From: Hormoscilla sp.
GTDB taxonomy: Bacteria > Cyanobacteriota > Cyanobacteriia > Cyanobacteriales > Desertifilaceae
Assembly: GCA_051439505.1 (NCBI GenBank)
Contig: JBFRWI010000073.1
Span: 1-16,706, forward strand
Reading direction: 5' to 3'
Length of the DNA: 16,706 nt
Notes under the pieces: model-generated
What the model saw: the letters and a program-made list of their open reading frames with translations, nothing else
Told to the model about the DNA's origin: nothing
Database searches by the model: none
Shown: positions 14,922 through 16,706 of the stretch, piece after piece
Numbering within the stretch: the stretch's first letter is position 1
Layout: each line of letters opens with the position of its first letter
Made by a program: the position numbers and the translations under genes

Positions 14922-15635
14922 ATGGATTTAAACAACTCAAATACGGCCAAAAATCTATCCGAGGCTTTTGCTGGTGAGTCAATGGCCAATCGCAAGTATT
15001 TATTTTTTGCCGAAGTGACCCGTCGTTTAGGTCTCACAGAACTCTCGAAGCTATTCAAAGAAACGGCGAATCAAGAAACGGAACATGCCTTTGCTCACTT
15101 TCGCCTCATGCATCCCGAGTTGGTTGTCGATGATATCTCTACCCTGAGTGAAGAAGAGAAAAATAAAATCGCTGGCCGTTGTCTGGAACTGGCAATTGAG
15201 GGAGAGACCTATGAGTACACGACCATGTATCCAGAGTTTGCCGCAGCAGCACGGCAGGATCGAGATGGTGACGCGGTAGCAGAGTTTGAAGCTCAAGGTG
15301 AAGAGTCACGACAGCATGCGGCGATTTTTCGCAAAGCTGCCCACAACTTCGGTTTGCTCACTAGCATAGAAGAGCATCATGCCCGTCGCTATACCGATGC
15401 GCTCCACAGTTTAGCAGGTGAAACACCTCAGTCAAGCTCCCCTAGTGACGATCCCGCTACGCAAAAGTGGATCTGTCGGAAATGTTCGATGATTTACGAT
15501 CCGGTTAAGGGCGATCCCGATTCGGGAATCGCACCAGGTACCCCTTTTGCAGAGATTCCTGATGATTGGAACTGCCCCATTTGTGGCGCTGTGAAGAAGA
15601 CTTTTATCCCCTATGAAGAGCCAGTTGCCGCTTAA
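14922..15635 (+). CDS. rbr: Rubrerythrin with C-terminal rubredoxin domain
   Basis: [16 protein letters not shown]. Diiron ligands ETEH, EGETYE and ESRQH. Rubredoxin motifs [12 protein letters not shown] and [14 protein letters not shown] upstream of the ATG at 14922. Confidence 0.93.
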   Translation: MDLNNSNTAKNLSEAFAGESMANRKYLFFAEVTRRLGLTELSKLFKETANQETEHAFAHFRLMHPELVVDDISTLSEEEKNKIAGRCLELAIEGETYEYTTMYPEFAAAARQDRDGDAVAEFEAQGEESRQHAAIFRKAAHNFGLLTSIEEHHARRYTDALHSLAGETPQSSSPSDDPATQKWICRKCSMIYDPVKGDPDSGIAPGTPFAEIPDDWNCPICGAVKKTFIPYEEPVAA

Positions 15636-15675
15636 GTTAGAGTAACTGATTAGGGCGATCGCACTCTAGCAGCAT

Positions 15676-16706
15676 TTAGAGCGTAGCAATTAAGGCTTCG
15701 ATCGCTTGCAGCAGTTGCATCTGGTTCCAACCTCGGTACAGAGAAGCCGCGATCGCACATCCCCCGCATCCCACGCCTTCCTTAACAAATCCCCGCTCGT
15801 ATGCTACTAGCTGTGGAAAGCGAGAACTGGCAAAACTCAACTGGGTAGCGATTAGAGGTACAGAACCGATGGAGTTCGCCAGACCGACAGTATCGCCAGT
15901 GGGGTCTTCCGCCACCCAGCGGGTAGTGCCCACCACCACCCGTTCCGGTTGCCATGCTACAGTATATGAGCGGGCGATCGCCTGCATCAGGCCATAGACC
16001 GCTAACATTTGGGTGCCCCCTGCTAACATCACACCGGTAGTGCGACTAGCAGCGATCGCCATAGCAGCAGCCACAACTTGCATCGGATCGCCCACTGCGG
16101 CGACCAGCTCTAGGGGGTCAGTGGCCATAGCTTTTTCACCGGCAGCTTGCAAACCGGCTCGTACCACATCCCACTTCTGGGCATGATTGCAGCTAGGATG
16201 GCTGCTATTGACCTTACCCGCAGCAGGGACACCCAAGCCAGTTAATAGGGCCAATGCCGTAGTAGTTCCCCCGACCACGCACTCGCTAATAATCAGATAC
16301 TCAGCCTCACGCCCCAGTTTCTCTCCCCAGCGGAGTCCCTGATGCCAAAGCTGCCTGACCGTGTCTAGTTCTAGGGCCTGGCCAGTAGTCACGCAACCTG
16401 CAGGTGCCCCATTCAAATCAATTGTCGGCACTGACGGTATCTCTGGCAAACCCCCATTGAACAGATAAACCGGGATATCCAGTGCGGCCACCACGGCCCG
16501 GGAAATCAGTACGGGTGAAACCCCAGCATCCAACGGCGGCAAAGGATATTTAGCTTGTCGGGTCGGGCCATTGTACAAAAACTCCGCATCTGCCAGGCAA
16601 GTATATCGTCGAGCGGCTGGGGTTGCACCAGCGGCTGAAATGCCAGGGATCAGACCCGTATCGGTAAATCCTAAAATACAAGCAAAAACTGGCCGTCGCC
16701 CCCGAT
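15676..16706 (-). CDS. cobT: Nicotinate-nucleotide--dimethylbenzimidazole phosphoribosyltransferase, CobT-type (5' end outside window)
   Basis: The frame stays open to the window edge (PVFACILGFTDTGLIPGISAAGATP). Motifs SECVVGGTTTA, VNSSHP, GDPMQ, LAGGTQM and GFVKEGVG. Confidence 0.9.
   Translation of the reverse strand, partial: RGRRPVFACILGFTDTGLIPGISAAGATPAARRYTCLADAEFLYNGPTRQAKYPLPPLDAGVSPVLISRAVVAALDIPVYLFNGGLPEIPSVPTIDLNGAPAGCVTTGQALELDTVRQLWHQGLRWGEKLGREAEYLIISECVVGGTTTALALLTGLGVPAAGKVNSSHPSCNHAQKWDVVRAGLQAAGEKAMATDPLELVAAVGDPMQVVAAAMAIAASRTTGVMLAGGTQMLAVYGLMQAIARSYTVAWQPERVVVGTTRWVAEDPTGDTVGLANSIGSVPLIATQLSFASSRFPQLVAYERGFVKEGVGCGGCAIAASLYRGWNQMQLLQAIEALIATL

Larger units (their letters stand above)
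1..16706. repeat. Dispersed HIP1 octamer GCGATCGC (about 20 copies counted by eye)
   Basis: Examples at 640, 1578, 4319, 4683, 6204, 6320, 8596, 8886, 11307, 12038 and 15655. HIP1 enrichment is a cyanobacterial hallmark. Confidence 0.9.

Overview
Window from a cyanobacterial genome, probably a filamentous Oscillatoriales-type strain. The basis is about 20 HIP1 octamers (GCGATCGC), heptamer tandem repeats, Uma2 genes, a 4-Cys-prefix kinase and a cyanoexosortase. The left part (1-7 kb) is accessory DNA. It holds a partial Uma2 gene, a GC-rich GNAT, and three tandem paralogous secreted 4-Cys proteins that I cannot assign to any family. It also holds two intact MITEs with 8-bp target duplications and a decaying Uma2 cluster in which a duplicated gene pair lost reciprocal partners. 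The middle has a membrane Ser/Thr kinase, then a compact exosortase-type module: a PFE-CTERM-like protein (PYE variant), an HpsJ-family protein and a divergent cyanoexosortase. The right part looks like core genome: a conserved hypothetical, a PotD-like binding protein, a coiled-coil hypothetical, rubrerythrin-rubredoxin and a partial cobT. The best candidates for a new system are the secreted triplet, the exosortase module and a modular MITE/REP family. No rRNA, tRNA or CRISPR array was seen. All family calls come from motif recognition by eye, not database searches.
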